A stretch of DNA of 64,000 nt from Lingula anatina. Lineage: Eukaryota; Animalia; Brachiopoda. A program made the position numbers and the translations under genes. The stretch is taken from contig CM120645.1 in the NCBI GenBank assembly GCA_051362555.1, positions 21,576,001 through 21,640,000 of the forward strand, read 5' to 3'. Numbering within the stretch: position 1 is the first letter of the stretch; every line of letters starts with the position of its first letter. This document shows, piece after piece, positions 38,701 through 49,737 of this stretch. A model generated the notes under the pieces. The model searched no databases, was not told where the DNA came from, and saw only the letters and a program-made list of their open reading frames with translations.

Positions 38701-41237
38701 GTCGCATCTCCTCTTCGGACTACATATAAATATACGTGCAGTTAGAAACCAGAGCTAACACGAAAAGCATTAAACACATCTAGCTACTGGTAAATTGTAA
38801 GTTAACAATAAATATCCCTTTGGATATTGTGCAAGCTTTAGGAAGCTGAGATTTTTTTTACTAGTAAATCATGTACAGGGGCCGGTTTCACGAAGCAGTA
38901 GTTAGTTAGCGATCGGTGGTTAGCCTCTCGCTAGTTATGAGTGCCGTTTCACGAAGCTATCGCTAGTTCTCTCTCTCGTTATTGTTACCATGGGTATTTA
39001 ACGACCGGTCAGACCAGTTGCTAAATCTAGAGTTTAATCGTACGCATGCGTAATGAGTAAAATAGAAAGGTTGCTTAGACCACGACGTAGACCACGACCA
39101 TCAGAGGCAGAATCTATAAGAATATACTTACGATGATGCAATTTACGAGAGGTTACGTCTGGCTGTGACAAAAAGAGCGGCAAAAAAGGTGGTGGAGATC
39201 CTTTTCGACGACCTCAAGGCAGACGTTCTTATGCATTTGCAGCCGCCAAACATTGGAGAGTTATTAGTGACACTTTTACGCAAGAGTTTCACTTCCGGTA
39301 GACTGTTTCGAGAGTGCGGTCAGTATAACGAGAGAACTAACGACCGAACTTTACGACTGAACATAGCGATGAGTTAACGACTGCTTCGTGAAACACCCCT
39401 CGAAAATCGCTAAAATCTTTCTCGTTAGCGAGATAGTTCAGTAGTTAGTTATTCTAACTAACGACTGTTTCGTGAAACGGGCCCCAGTTTCCTAAAGAAA
39501 GATGACTTTTTTACCATTTACACTGCAGCCAAAATTGATTCTTATTACCAACCCTCTCGTCTCCAAGGAGCATTTTTGTTAAAACGAGGTATTTGCAACG
39601 TTTTTAAAGAAAAGGCATTTAGAATGATTAAGACATTTAGTTAAGGAATGCTAATTTTCATTTAACGTGTGACAAGTAAAGTTATCAATGTGTCATTTAC
39701 AAACATTTTAGGAAAACGGTCATTTTATCAATAATTTACTGGTCATTTAATTACAGAAAAGTGGATTTGATTTAAGTAAAAAAAATATTGAACTCGGTAA
39801 TTTTTCATCGTGAAATATAGCAATTATAAAAGTAATGATTATGATTTTATACCTAACAAAGACCGTTCATTTATCTTCCTGCTTTCGAGTTCAAATTCCT
39901 TATTGCACTGCAATTGGCATTCACCTGTCTGTTTCTAACCGGTTAGAAAATGCAGTAGTATCGAAGTAGCAAAGAAGCATTAACGCAGTAGTGGTGTGGA
40001 GCATATTTGCAGTAGAAATGCAGTATAGCCTACATCAATTCTACTCCAAAAAGTAGAAAGGTTTGTACAGAGAAAAGCATTAATGCAGTAGATTAGCAGC
40101 ATGATAGAAGCATGTTTCAAATATGCTAATTAGTTCCCAAATCGAAGCAGATTTGAGGCATGTTTGCAGTATGATTGCAGTAGTCTGCTGCGCAGGAGTA
40201 TGTACTGCGTTTTCGTGCGGGTAAGAAAAAAAAAGAAATTACCAGGCAAACACATTTTTGCTACAAATACATATCATGTCAGCCCTAAATTTTGTTTTGA
40301 TATTATGTGTAGCAGGCCAGTTCCCAGTCTAGGCCAGTTACCTATTGAACTAGGTCATGTCTCATTTGGGGTCTGGTCTAAGTCAGACTGTAATGGACTC
40401 TCTGCATTGTTAGAACCATAATAAGCCAAAGGTTGAGTTGCTTGTTTGTGTGGCATCAATAAACTGTAGGTATCATAGGTCAAGGTGTATCATATTTAAC
40501 TTCAGGTCTGGCAAATAAGATTTAGTCGTATTCATTTTATGTAGTTTGAAAAAATCTGATTATGATACTTAAAAAAAATTAATTCATAAGTATGTAAAGA
40601 AAAGGCATTTAGAATGATTAAGACATATAGATAAGGAATGTTAATTTCATTAAAGATGTGACAAGGAAAGTTATCCATGTTTCATTTAAATTCAGGAAAA
40701 CGTCCATTTTCTCATGAGTATACTGGTCATAAGGGAAGTGTGGTGATTTATATTTAAATGTCTATGCAATAGTCTTTAAAATGCATCATTATTCGATGTT
40801 TCTTTAAACTAAATATCATTTGCCAGACCTCTTATATGGTATACCCTGATTTATAACACCTGCAATTTAATTACATGCCACGCAAACAAATTGGCAGCTC
40901 ACCTTCAAATTTCTTGGCCAATTAACATGCTCATATTGGTTTTTAAAATGAAAACACCCAATTGGGATCTGGCCTAGAACAGATCCTTATTGGGATCTGG
41001 CATCGTCCACTTAGTAACTGGACTGGATTTGGATCTGGCCTGTGACACATGCAAATGGACACGATGAAGTCATACCTCATTATACATTGTAGTACAAATA
41101 TAGATCTGGCATTCCTTTCTCTGTAGGAACACAGGTTTGTAATGTGGGTCATTTTTTCCCGTTCTTCTATTCAGCCATAACCATTGCTCAGTAAGAATCC
41201 CATTGTAGGTAGGGAGCCAGAACAACTGCCAAAAACA

Positions 41238-41279
<42 letters not shown>

Positions 41280-44200
41280 GACGAGAGAATTGACCATCAG
41301 TGAAAAACTATATATTTGGAACAGGAATTTAAGACCTAGTTTGGGAGCTCTTATATAACACTTAGGCAAAATGAGGAATCAATGTTTGGGTCTTGTCTCA
41401 CCAAGTGCAAAACGAAAAAAGTTGATGACATATTTAAGTCAGGGATTTTGCATACCCGAGTTTCCTTTGAAATCTTTGGTGCATCGTTCATTGCTAGCCA
41501 CACTCCGACTGAGATAAAGTTCGCAGCGAAGAGACAGACTAGGACAAGTGCATTCACTGTCGAAGATTCAGTCCTAAGTTGATCGCACTGGTAATCAGGT
41601 AGTAACACGTTGCATACTGGATAAAATCCAACGACAAATGCCGACAGAGGGGTCGCCAACGCCATGGGAACAAATGCCATAGAAATGTGCCTCTTTCTTA
41701 AAACAAACCTAATGTCCAGTGCGGTTGCCAACCATGTTAAGACATACGCGCTGAAACTGGTCAGAACATTTGTCATGAAGTACCAAAAGAGACGGTGTTC
41801 TCTTAGCCCAATGACCCAAGCATAACCCTGATTTTCGTAGACAGCTCTGATGAAATCATCATCATGGGAGTAATATAACCCAAACAAATACAAAGTCAGC
41901 GGCGTCAAAACTATCTTCTCCATGTTTGTTAAAAGTCCAGCCTTCCACCGTGGAGAATTGGCCATGCTGCGAGACTTGTTGGCTGATCTAGAAGCTGTTG
42001 ATTGATATTTCAAAATTCCAGGGAACCAGGCCAGAGAAAAACAGGCAACAGACGCCGCAATTGACCATGACAGAGTTCCCAGCTGACCAAAAGAAGTACT
42101 AGACTTTTCCATAATTGCATACACCGTTATTACCACAAGCCCAACGATGTTCAAAACGAAGGCTACAATTGCCAAAATGGTAGCAACATTTTCCTCGGGA
42201 CAGCGACTTCTACTGTTACTGTCGGGGTTTGGGGATCTGTTTCGTCTCGTCATCATGTTGTCAAGAATATTCCAGGCGTTGTAAGCTGTGAAAGCGAACG
42301 TTCCCATCAGCACGCTTGTGATCCCTGTCGCATGAGTATACACAGTGGTGACAAGAATCCAGAGTCCACCAACTTCTAAAACACTTGACACAAACCCCTG
42401 AAATGAGAAATGGCGCATTTGGAGATTTTCGGAAAGAAAATTTGTTTCAGTTGCACGAAGGCAAGAATAATACAATGTAAAAATTGATATATACTTAAGA
42501 AAAAAAATCTATCTGTTTCGCAAGATTTGTTCCAGTTTGGCGAAGGCATGCACTTGTAAGGTGACATGTTGTGTGTGAAGGCAAGTGTTTGAACTCCCAA
42601 GACGAAACTACATGTACGTTGGGTTTATTGATTATCCTGACATTTCGTCTCCCTAATACAAAGAACGCTTTATATCAGAGTAATAATATACTTTGGCCTT
42701 TTTCGTCCAAATTCTGCCCATGGAATACAGCACATGTGCTGATTTATGTCCCGATTTGTTGAAAAAATTCGATGCACATCAAACCGGCCGATTTGGTACA
42801 CATGCTAAGGTTATCACTGAACTCAGCGTATTTTCGTCTTAAGCCTCGGTCACAACCTGCCGTACGGGCTCTTACGGGCTGTTTGCGTCCACATTTTGCG
42901 CAGAATCTCACGTCCCACGCAAGTCCATCTTACGCAATTTCGAGTTCGAGGACAGCCCGTAAGCACGTACGGAGGATGTTGGACATGTCCAAAAGATTCT
43001 ACGAATAGCCTGCAAACATCGAGGCTGCAAGCGTAACTTGCTACCCTCGCACGGAGTTAGCAAGAGAGACGCGCGTTGTGCAAGACGCACGTCGCAAACA
43101 CGAGCAAGTGTCCAAGTGTTGAGTAAGGCGCACGCCCTCACAACTAACGAACAGATTCGAGAGCACACCGGGAATGCGTCGCACGTGCGTCACCACCTCG
43201 CATGGTGTATAAAAGGCGTGCTCACGACGTACGCTCGTGTCTTTACAATGAACGTCGACTGTGTAACGTGTACAACAATTTTCAAAATTTTCAAATTTGT
43301 GCTCAATTTAGTTTCTATTATGCCTCCAAAAGGCAAGAGAAAGAAGCATACATAGTAGAAAAAAGGGAGGAGGAAAAAGAAAGAAGGGGAGAACAGGAAG
43401 CAAAACTGATGCATGCCGTGAGTACATTACCACAAACGTGTGAGGTAAGTGTGAAGCAAAACTGACACAAAAGGGCACTGCTTTCGCCGTGCGTTGCATT
43501 CCTTCGTAAGTGGTGAATGTGTGCCACGTACACAGGAAGCAACACAAAATCAAGAAATTCGTGCGTCCGGTTGTGACTGAGGCTTAGGTGTTCAACCCCG
43601 TGGAGTGTTCTATAGATGAAAGTAAAGCAAACGACTGCGTGTCAATAGTGCGCGCAGACTTTTGACATTTAAAAGTTGTATGCAGTCCCCGACTACAATT
43701 ACACAAAATCCACATTGAAAAAAATCTACAGGTAGGTTACCCCTTGGTACATTTGCCTTGCAATACTCATACGTTGCCCGTATATATGCCCGAATGCCCC
43801 TTCTCGTGCGGCGTCCGTGAGAAGCCACGTTGTGGCTATAACAAAGCGCACCTCTGTTGCCTGTTCAATTTTTTTAAAGCCTCGGTCACAACCGGACGTA
43901 CGAATTTTAGGAGGCTGTGGAGTTCTTAGAGGTAGAGGAAAGGCGCAAGTCTGCCTTGAGAGTCGCAGGGTCCACGTGAGAAGCAGGGACGCTAATTGCA
44001 AGGTGAGATGTACTAATTCTTGGGTTTGTCTTGCAACCTGTTTGTCTTGCTATTGACCATTATTGACCATTGTTTTCTGTTCTCTTAGCTTATTTCCCTT
44101 GCCTTTTGGAGGCATATTAAAGGTGGATTGATCAAATTTCGAAATTTTTGAAATGTTGTACACAAGGCACAAGCGACGTTATTTGTAGCGACATGAGCGT

Positions 44201-46061
44201 GCATCGTGAGCACGCCTTTTATACTCCTGGCGTGGGGGCGTCGTACTCAACACGCAAAGGACACTTGTTCATTTATTGTTTACGACGTGCGTCTTAAACC
44301 ACGCACGACTCACTTGCATACTTCTCGCGAACTCCTTGCGAGTGGAGCAAGTTAGTTTGCGGCCTCGCTGTTGGCAGATTATTCGTAGAATCTTTTGAAC
44401 ATGTCCAACATCCTCTGTACGTGCTTACGGGCTGTCTGCGAACTCCAAATTTCGCAAGAAGAACTTGCGCGGCAAGTGAGATTATGCGCAAAAGTTGGAC
44501 GCAAACAGGCCGTAAGAGCCCGCACGGCCGGTTGTGACCGAGGCTTAAGCTGGCCATTTTGACATATTTTTCCAACGTACGCCCGTAGGCTGTAGCGATA
44601 CGCTGTAGCGTATACGCCATGGTACAATTCCCATGCTCGATTACGGGAGTTTTTGGATGGACCTGCGGCGATCGCGCTGCAGCTCGTGATTGTCTTGCTA
44701 TACGGGGTTGTTTTACTTTTCGATGAACAGCCATTGCCGCTCGCCGCCCGTATCACCGGTGTCCGTATCATATTTGCAGCTAAATGTAAAACAGTCCCGA
44801 AAGTTAAAACATATCTATTTCTCTGCCACCTATCCGATAACCTATCCGGAGATAAAAAATAAATATCACAGGGCTCATATATCTCATTTAGATGCATAGG
44901 ACGATAATTAAGTCTACATGACTAAGCCAAGGTCACTAGGGCGATGTTCATATAATTTCCGTATACTTTCCGTATGTCCGGTTTCCTTCTTATGGTATTC
45001 GTGGCCTTTTCGGTTTTGGAAACCTTCGTATACATGTATATTTGAATAGTAAACAACAACCTGTAGCAATATCGTACCGGCACATTCAACATTTGACCTT
45101 ACCTATAACACAGGGTACCCGGGTATTGCGCAATATTTAACACCTATCTTAATAAAAAATTAGTATGAGCCAACTACCTCCTTGTTCAGGTTGAATTAAA
45201 TCATATTTCCACCTTGAGCTTAAATAGACCCAAAAGTTGATCCAAAAGTTTCGACCAAATTCTACAGATAAAATTAACTTGTGAAACCACACCATTGGCA
45301 TTAATGTATCATTTTCATCAAAGCACTGCATGATCTTTGGGCGCTATGCTTGTCTGGTGGCAAACATCTCTTCGTATTAATTCTGCAGGTATCCTTTCAG
45401 TAAGTGTGGAAATCGAACACTTAAAATTTCGTCAGTATGAATAACAAAACAAAACAGATCAGTCCCTTTAAACAAACACTTTCAATTATATACTTTACCG
45501 TGCTATACAAGCACGTCTCCAGACAATTTTGTCTTTTTTGCTTTGTACAGTTTCAATCAAATTCTGCTCGCAAACAAAAAAACTGAAGATGCATATTTTA
45601 CTTACCACGGTGCAAGATAAGAGAGTAGGCCATGGTTTAAAGCCGAAGTCCATGTTGTTCTCTTCGGAATAACACCGGCAGCACAGCCAGCCCGCCATGG
45701 TGAACAGCACCCCAGACGACCAGAGACACCACAGAAATGTCACCACATAAGGAACTAAAAATATCAGCAGAAGCATCAACATAGACAGACGTCCGTCCGC
45801 ATCAAGGTGGGTCTGAAATTGCTTCTCAGTGCCGTTGCCTTCTGTCAAATCTTGTGAAATTACTAAAACGGAAATTTTGCTGGCGACCAAGCAAAAAAGT
45901 AACGAGAGGTAAACGAAGACTGCAACCACCGCCTTAACCACTCCGTAGCAAAAAGAAGTTGACCCTTTTTTGATCTCTCCACGCTGACCATGTTCTTCTA
46001 TGACGGTTAGGGGTGGGACACCTAGTTGAGCAGTACCTTCCTGCGCTGTCGCCATTTCCAT
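24719..46061 (-). CDS. chs: Chitin synthase (GT2) with two C-terminal SAM domains, paralog A, complete, 23 coding exons
   Basis: Exons: 46061-45606, 42398-41456, 41225-41076, 38719-38536, 37558-37410, 36992-36878, 34004-33799, 33294-33127, 32995-32740, 32510-32395, 31814-31694, 31349-31239, 30748-30665, 30405-30330, 29944-29856, 29400-29297, 27988-27920, 27672-27556, 27399-27276, 26162-26109, 25702-25544, 25388-25245 and 24966-24719; phases are consistent. Motifs: ICTTMYNE, KNKKRWSQIMY, TDADVKF, CGRTHP, YQVFDYAIGHWLQK, VLCAPGCF, GEDRWLCTLL, QRRRW, LLHPTEF, SWGTRE, EFWKNLI, QFLAMLCHR. Confidence 0.95.
28290..29000 (+). mobile_element. Decayed Tc1/mariner transposase remnant in a chs intron (also in paralog B, about 53220-54150)
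   Basis: About 28683-28797 reads ENAGSNRALLIADSL..QLPWSSRSPDLKYVDNM, a degenerate form of the Tc1 DNA.PH...WP..SPDLNPIE motif. Boundaries are approximate. Confidence 0.6.
31988..32294 (+). mobile_element. CCGGTGTGACAGGAAT-family MITE interrupted by a nested palindromic MITE
   Basis: Occupies the position equivalent to 57529-57704 in paralog B, which is uninterrupted. Confidence 0.7.
32028..32173. mobile_element. Nearly fully palindromic Harbinger-like MITE with CAG target duplication
   Basis: GGCTCCGTATCTCGAAAGGTTCGCTATGTTGCGCACGTGC pairs with GCACGTGCGCAACATAGCGAACCTTTCGAGATACGGATCC. CAG on both sides. Confidence 0.8.
34330..36510 (+). mobile_element. Tc1-like transposase remnant split by a foldback insertion
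   Basis: RLHAAGIHSRVEKKKPLISVVNRRSRFTWAART near 34518-34616, and VDWPARLPDVIPNKNLW-like sequence near 36318. The equivalent remnant in paralog B (61780-62700) is uninterrupted. Confidence 0.7.
34750..36302. mobile_element. AT-rich foldback-type element with long modular TIRs (right end ...CATGGTACACCGG)
   Basis: Left arm (34750-35330) and right arm (35570-36302) are reverse complements built from roughly 180-bp tandem modules (CTCCCC.ATGAAAAAGCTAT / ATAGCTTTTTCATAGGGGAG). Absent from paralog B. Confidence 0.75.
37093..37260. mobile_element. CAGGGGCGG..CCACCCCTG MITE
   Basis: Terminal inverted repeats; an internally deleted version sits at about 63346-63486 in paralog B. Confidence 0.6.
37803..38319. 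mobile_element. MITE with GCATTCAG(G/A)ACAA TIRs and an internal inverted repeat of about 70 bp
   Basis: GCATTCAGGACAA and TTGTTCTGAATGC ends. Internal CCCTGGACTAACTGATCCGCCGACTAAATAT pairs with ATATTTAGTCGGCGGATCAGTTAGTCCAGGG. Partly present at 63920-64000. Confidence 0.7.
38879..39484. mobile_element. Harbinger-like non-autonomous element with CAG target duplication
   Basis: TIRs GGGCCGGTTTCACGAAGCAGT and ACTGTTTCGTGAAACGGGCCC, repeated subterminal TTTCACGAAG motifs, and CAG flanks. Confidence 0.8.
39939..40221. mobile_element. Degenerate CMC/EnSpm-like MITE with GCAGTA repeats
   Basis: CCGGTTAGAAAATGCAGTA and TACTGCGTTTTCGTGCGGG ends, with internal GCAGTAG repeats. Confidence 0.5.
40308..41047. 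mobile_element. TGT...ACA-ended element with degenerate TIRs of about 220 bp (Ginger-like?)
   Basis: TGTAGCAGGCCAG and CTGGCCTGTGACA ends with near-matching 4-bp flanks (TATG/CATG). Arms pair inward as far as AGGTCTGGCAAAT/ATTTGCCAGACCT. Confidence 0.6.
42842..43584 (+). mobile_element. AGCCTCGGTCACAACC-family Harbinger-like element, copy 2
   Basis: High similarity to 19308-20196, with an internal deletion near the right end. Confidence 0.85.
43878..44545 (-). mobile_element. AGCCTCGGTCACAACC-family Harbinger-like element, copy 3 (inverted, more diverged)
   Basis: Perfect TIRs and TAA target duplication. TATAAAAGG and ATG CCT CCA AAA GGC AAG lie on the minus strand. Confidence 0.85.
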
Positions 46062-46390
46062 TTAAAATAATCACAAAACTTCACGCGGCCAGTGTGCTAC
46101 GAGTTGTCTGTTATAGACACACAAAACAAGGGAAGATGAAGGCCGGCTTGATAATGCTGTTTATTTTGAATAATCAGCATTGCGACCGAGTGTAAGCGTC
46201 TCGATTCCATAACTCGCCCCTACGCGTTTCAATAAATAAATAAATAAACAGGCAATTATGTTAAGCGCTCAATGCGAAATACGCTCGATGCTTAACGGGG
46301 ATGTCAACACTAATCTCAACAATTATCTTTTAGCACAAGTCCTTTAGATTAAAAATACTTGTTCCTTTTATTTAAGGCGGGGAGCTTTAA

Positions 46391-46598
46391 TGACGTCAAG
46401 ATGAGGTCAGCACTTGTATTTTTTTCAAGTATTTCTATATGTAAATGATGTGGGGTATGTTCACTACACTTCACACACTCACACTTGTTGGGGACAGTGA
46501 CCTACCGGTATATGCTTAGTACAGTATAACGGGTAAGCCACACAACCCTGGGGGGCACTTGAAGGGTACATCACTGACGTTTTATTATCTTTTATATA
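46391..46598 (-). promoter_or_regulatory. Candidate chs-A promoter elements: TATATAAAAG (46598-46589, minus strand) and CRE palindrome TGACGTCA (46391-46398)
   Basis: Motif matches only. A plausible non-coding first exon would end at a GTAGGT donor near 46505 and splice to the ..TATAACAG acceptor near 46109. Confidence 0.3.
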
Positions 46599-46695
46599 CC
46601 AGTGGCAATTGTAATTTTCATAAAGTACTGCGATTTATTATCTTTCATAAACAAGTAGCAATTTTTCATAAAGGACTGCGATTTATTATCTTTTA

Positions 46696-46910
46696 GGGCG
46701 TATTCCCAGAGATTTTAGATCGATCTATCCCCGTGGGGAGTCTCACTAGATTACTGCCAGATAATCCGGTTTAAATGTCCGTCCCGCATACCACAAGCTG
46801 TAAGGGGGTAATTAACTTTCGTGCCCGCTCGGCTGACAGCTATTTAGCGTGAACCCCCAGGGAGTTAGGTCGATCTAGTTGGGATCGATCTAATCTCCGT
46901 GAATGGGGTC
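46696..46910. mobile_element. Harbinger/Tourist-like MITE (GACCCCATT family)
   Basis: TTA flanks; reverse-complement homolog of 15403-15617. Confidence 0.8.
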
Positions 46911-49737
46911 TTAGATATTAACACAGACAGCAGACAGACAGGGGACAAATGGCAAATGTCACTCTTAAAACTTGAAATTGTTCATTGTATTAACAAACGT
47001 CATATATGCCAGTATATGTACTTTGGGCTAATTTTACGAAAAAAATATCTCAGAATGGGTGTCTTGCTTTCAAAGAAAGTCTCAATGTAGGTGCTATTTC
47101 AAAATGTTATTTACGTGTCCTTATACACGTACTATACATGTATACCCCGTTAATGACTGGTCGCATATAATTACATGTACCAACAAAATATGAAAGTATT
47201 TTTTCTTCCGCTTTTTATGCGTATTTATTTGTTTGAAAATACATATTTTATTCCATTGAGCAATGGGTGTGACTATTTTATACTTGTGTGGCCATATGTG
47301 TGTATAATTAATATTTGAAGGTTACAGGTTTATGCTTAACTACTTTTTAAAAGATGACTTGTTTTTCCTTCACAGAAGGAATAGTGCTCAATATCATTTA
47401 TAAAAATTATTCTGTTGTAATTGATATAATGGTATGATAAACTTAACAATGAATCAAGGTAAAGGGAACTGTTTTACAAGAGGGAGGTGAATGACAATAG
47501 CGAAACAATAATTAATCTTGATATTTCACTTGCAGACACACCGGACACACTGGGGTCTTTCGTACATAAAAACCAACAAAATAACAAAATGAAGTCAATT
47601 ATTGTTTTCTATTAAAGATTAGGCCTACAATGGAAAACAACCACAGAAATGTGGATTCAGTTGTTAGATGTTTTACAGGGTGTTTTTATTTGGGGAGGGG
47701 GTATTACTACCGGGTATATGGTGGAAGAAGGAAGCGAATAACGAAATGCCGTTTGGTTGGGGCAGATGATCACTCTGCAGTGTATATGTAAAGATACACA
47801 CACTGGAAAATGGAAGTGTCACCCCCTGAATCAGAGTAATCAAAGTTATTAACCTGACGAGGCGGAATATAAGCAATGTCAGAATATCGATTCGGGTGAA
47901 TTAATTAATCAGAACCGTTTCTTTTGTGAAATTTGATGTTATTAAAATGATACCAGGAGCAAATCATTCTACAGTCCTTTATCTCCCCCAAAGTATTGAT
48001 TCAGTAGGGGTGACACTTCTAGTCAATGTTTTTTTTCCTCTTGAGACTTCTTGTGCAAACAATATTAAACGTCAGTCAGGTTACAGAGATAAATGAACCA
48101 GTTTCAACCAGATATGGAAACCTCAATGTCACTGTGGAAAGATACCAGTTTAACTGATTATTTCACAGCCTTCAATTTCACTGGCAAAGCACATATAAGC
48201 ATTATGATTTTAATTCTTATTTCTTGAAAATTGGTACATTCACAATTATTGTTTTCTGGTCCGAGAGAGAGCGATGGAGAGCAAATTAACTATCAATTGG
48301 CACTTCAAAAAAAATTAACACCGAGCCATGTGCATTTAGATCATCATTTTAACGTGTAAAAATTGCCTTTATTGTCCCCATCATAGTATCTTTTTAGTTA
48401 TTATGCTGGACTTCTTCTACGTGACAACTTTAAACCTAAATAGTTTTGTCTGGTCTTTTTCTATTGAATAAGCATAAAATAAGCTAGAACTATGATACCA
48501 CTCTAAGCATTTGAGATAGCATTTATCTTTAAATTGAATGAAATGCCAAATTTTTTATACTAAGGGACCTAACTGATTTTACCCGCAGAAATAGGCACAG
48601 CGCCCAACCTCCCCTTAGTCGACGGCTCCCACGCTACCTGCTGCTATCTATGCAGTTGTGCACACACATAGTTTAATACAGGTTATCTAAAGTTCTTCGA
48701 AATTGTCACCCGATCAAAGCAGCAAAATAATGTTATGTTGTAAACAACCAGGATGGGGCCAAAGTCCGGACTGTACTAGCACAGAACATGTGATATCAGT
48801 GACAAACTGTGACAGCTGATAGTCTAGATTCTTGCAGGGTGGGGGGGGGGGGAAGAATAAATATGTTAATCCCCTTTTCTGTAATTTTATCCAGCATATC
48901 TCTGTCAGCTTCTGCCTGAGACCCACATTATGCCACAATCAATGCAAACAAGACAAAACCTCCTATTTCACAAATTTTAATAGCTTGAAGCGAATTTATT
49001 TTGTGTGCAACCTCTCCCCGCCAACCAAACACGAAGTTAATTACGATATGAGTTGTCGTACAATTTAGAGTCCATTCAATGTTTTAACGTCAATCACCTT
49101 AGAGTTCAAACGCGCATAATAAGATTTTACGAAGCAGAAATGTGCATATTAACGGGGACTAAGGGAATTGAAATACCCCACAAGCCCGTTCGTCGTGACG
49201 TAGACTCGGCTGAGGCAAATTGGGTTCTGAGATGAACCTCTGTTGAAATCGGAATCGGACCTTATCCTATTGGGTATTATCCTGCAAAATCAAATGTTCT
49301 TCGTTTTTAATATCCGTTTGTCTACGTATTCCCGAACTTCTCCTGGATAGCATATACCATGTGGCATCCAGCAACGATGCAAATTTCAATACCGATGTAA
49401 TGCTATATATTTAAACAGTTCAGCACAAATTGAAGTATGCAGTATCCTTTACCGACGTAACCATGTCACCTTTACGCTATACACAGTTACTAATAAGAGA
49501 TAAAATTTAAGTGTTGGATAAGAAGAAATATGTATGAACACAAATCACAAGGAATAGCCATACAGTGTTCATTAATCAGCGGTAATGTTAATTAACGGCC
49601 TCTACGTTTTATCAAATATTTCACGTCTGCTGATCGTCATTGTGATTTGTATAAAAAAACATATTCGATATATACGTCAAATGAAGTATCTTCCTGAACA
49701 AATTGTAGTAAAGGAAGGAAAAATACCACTATGTTTG

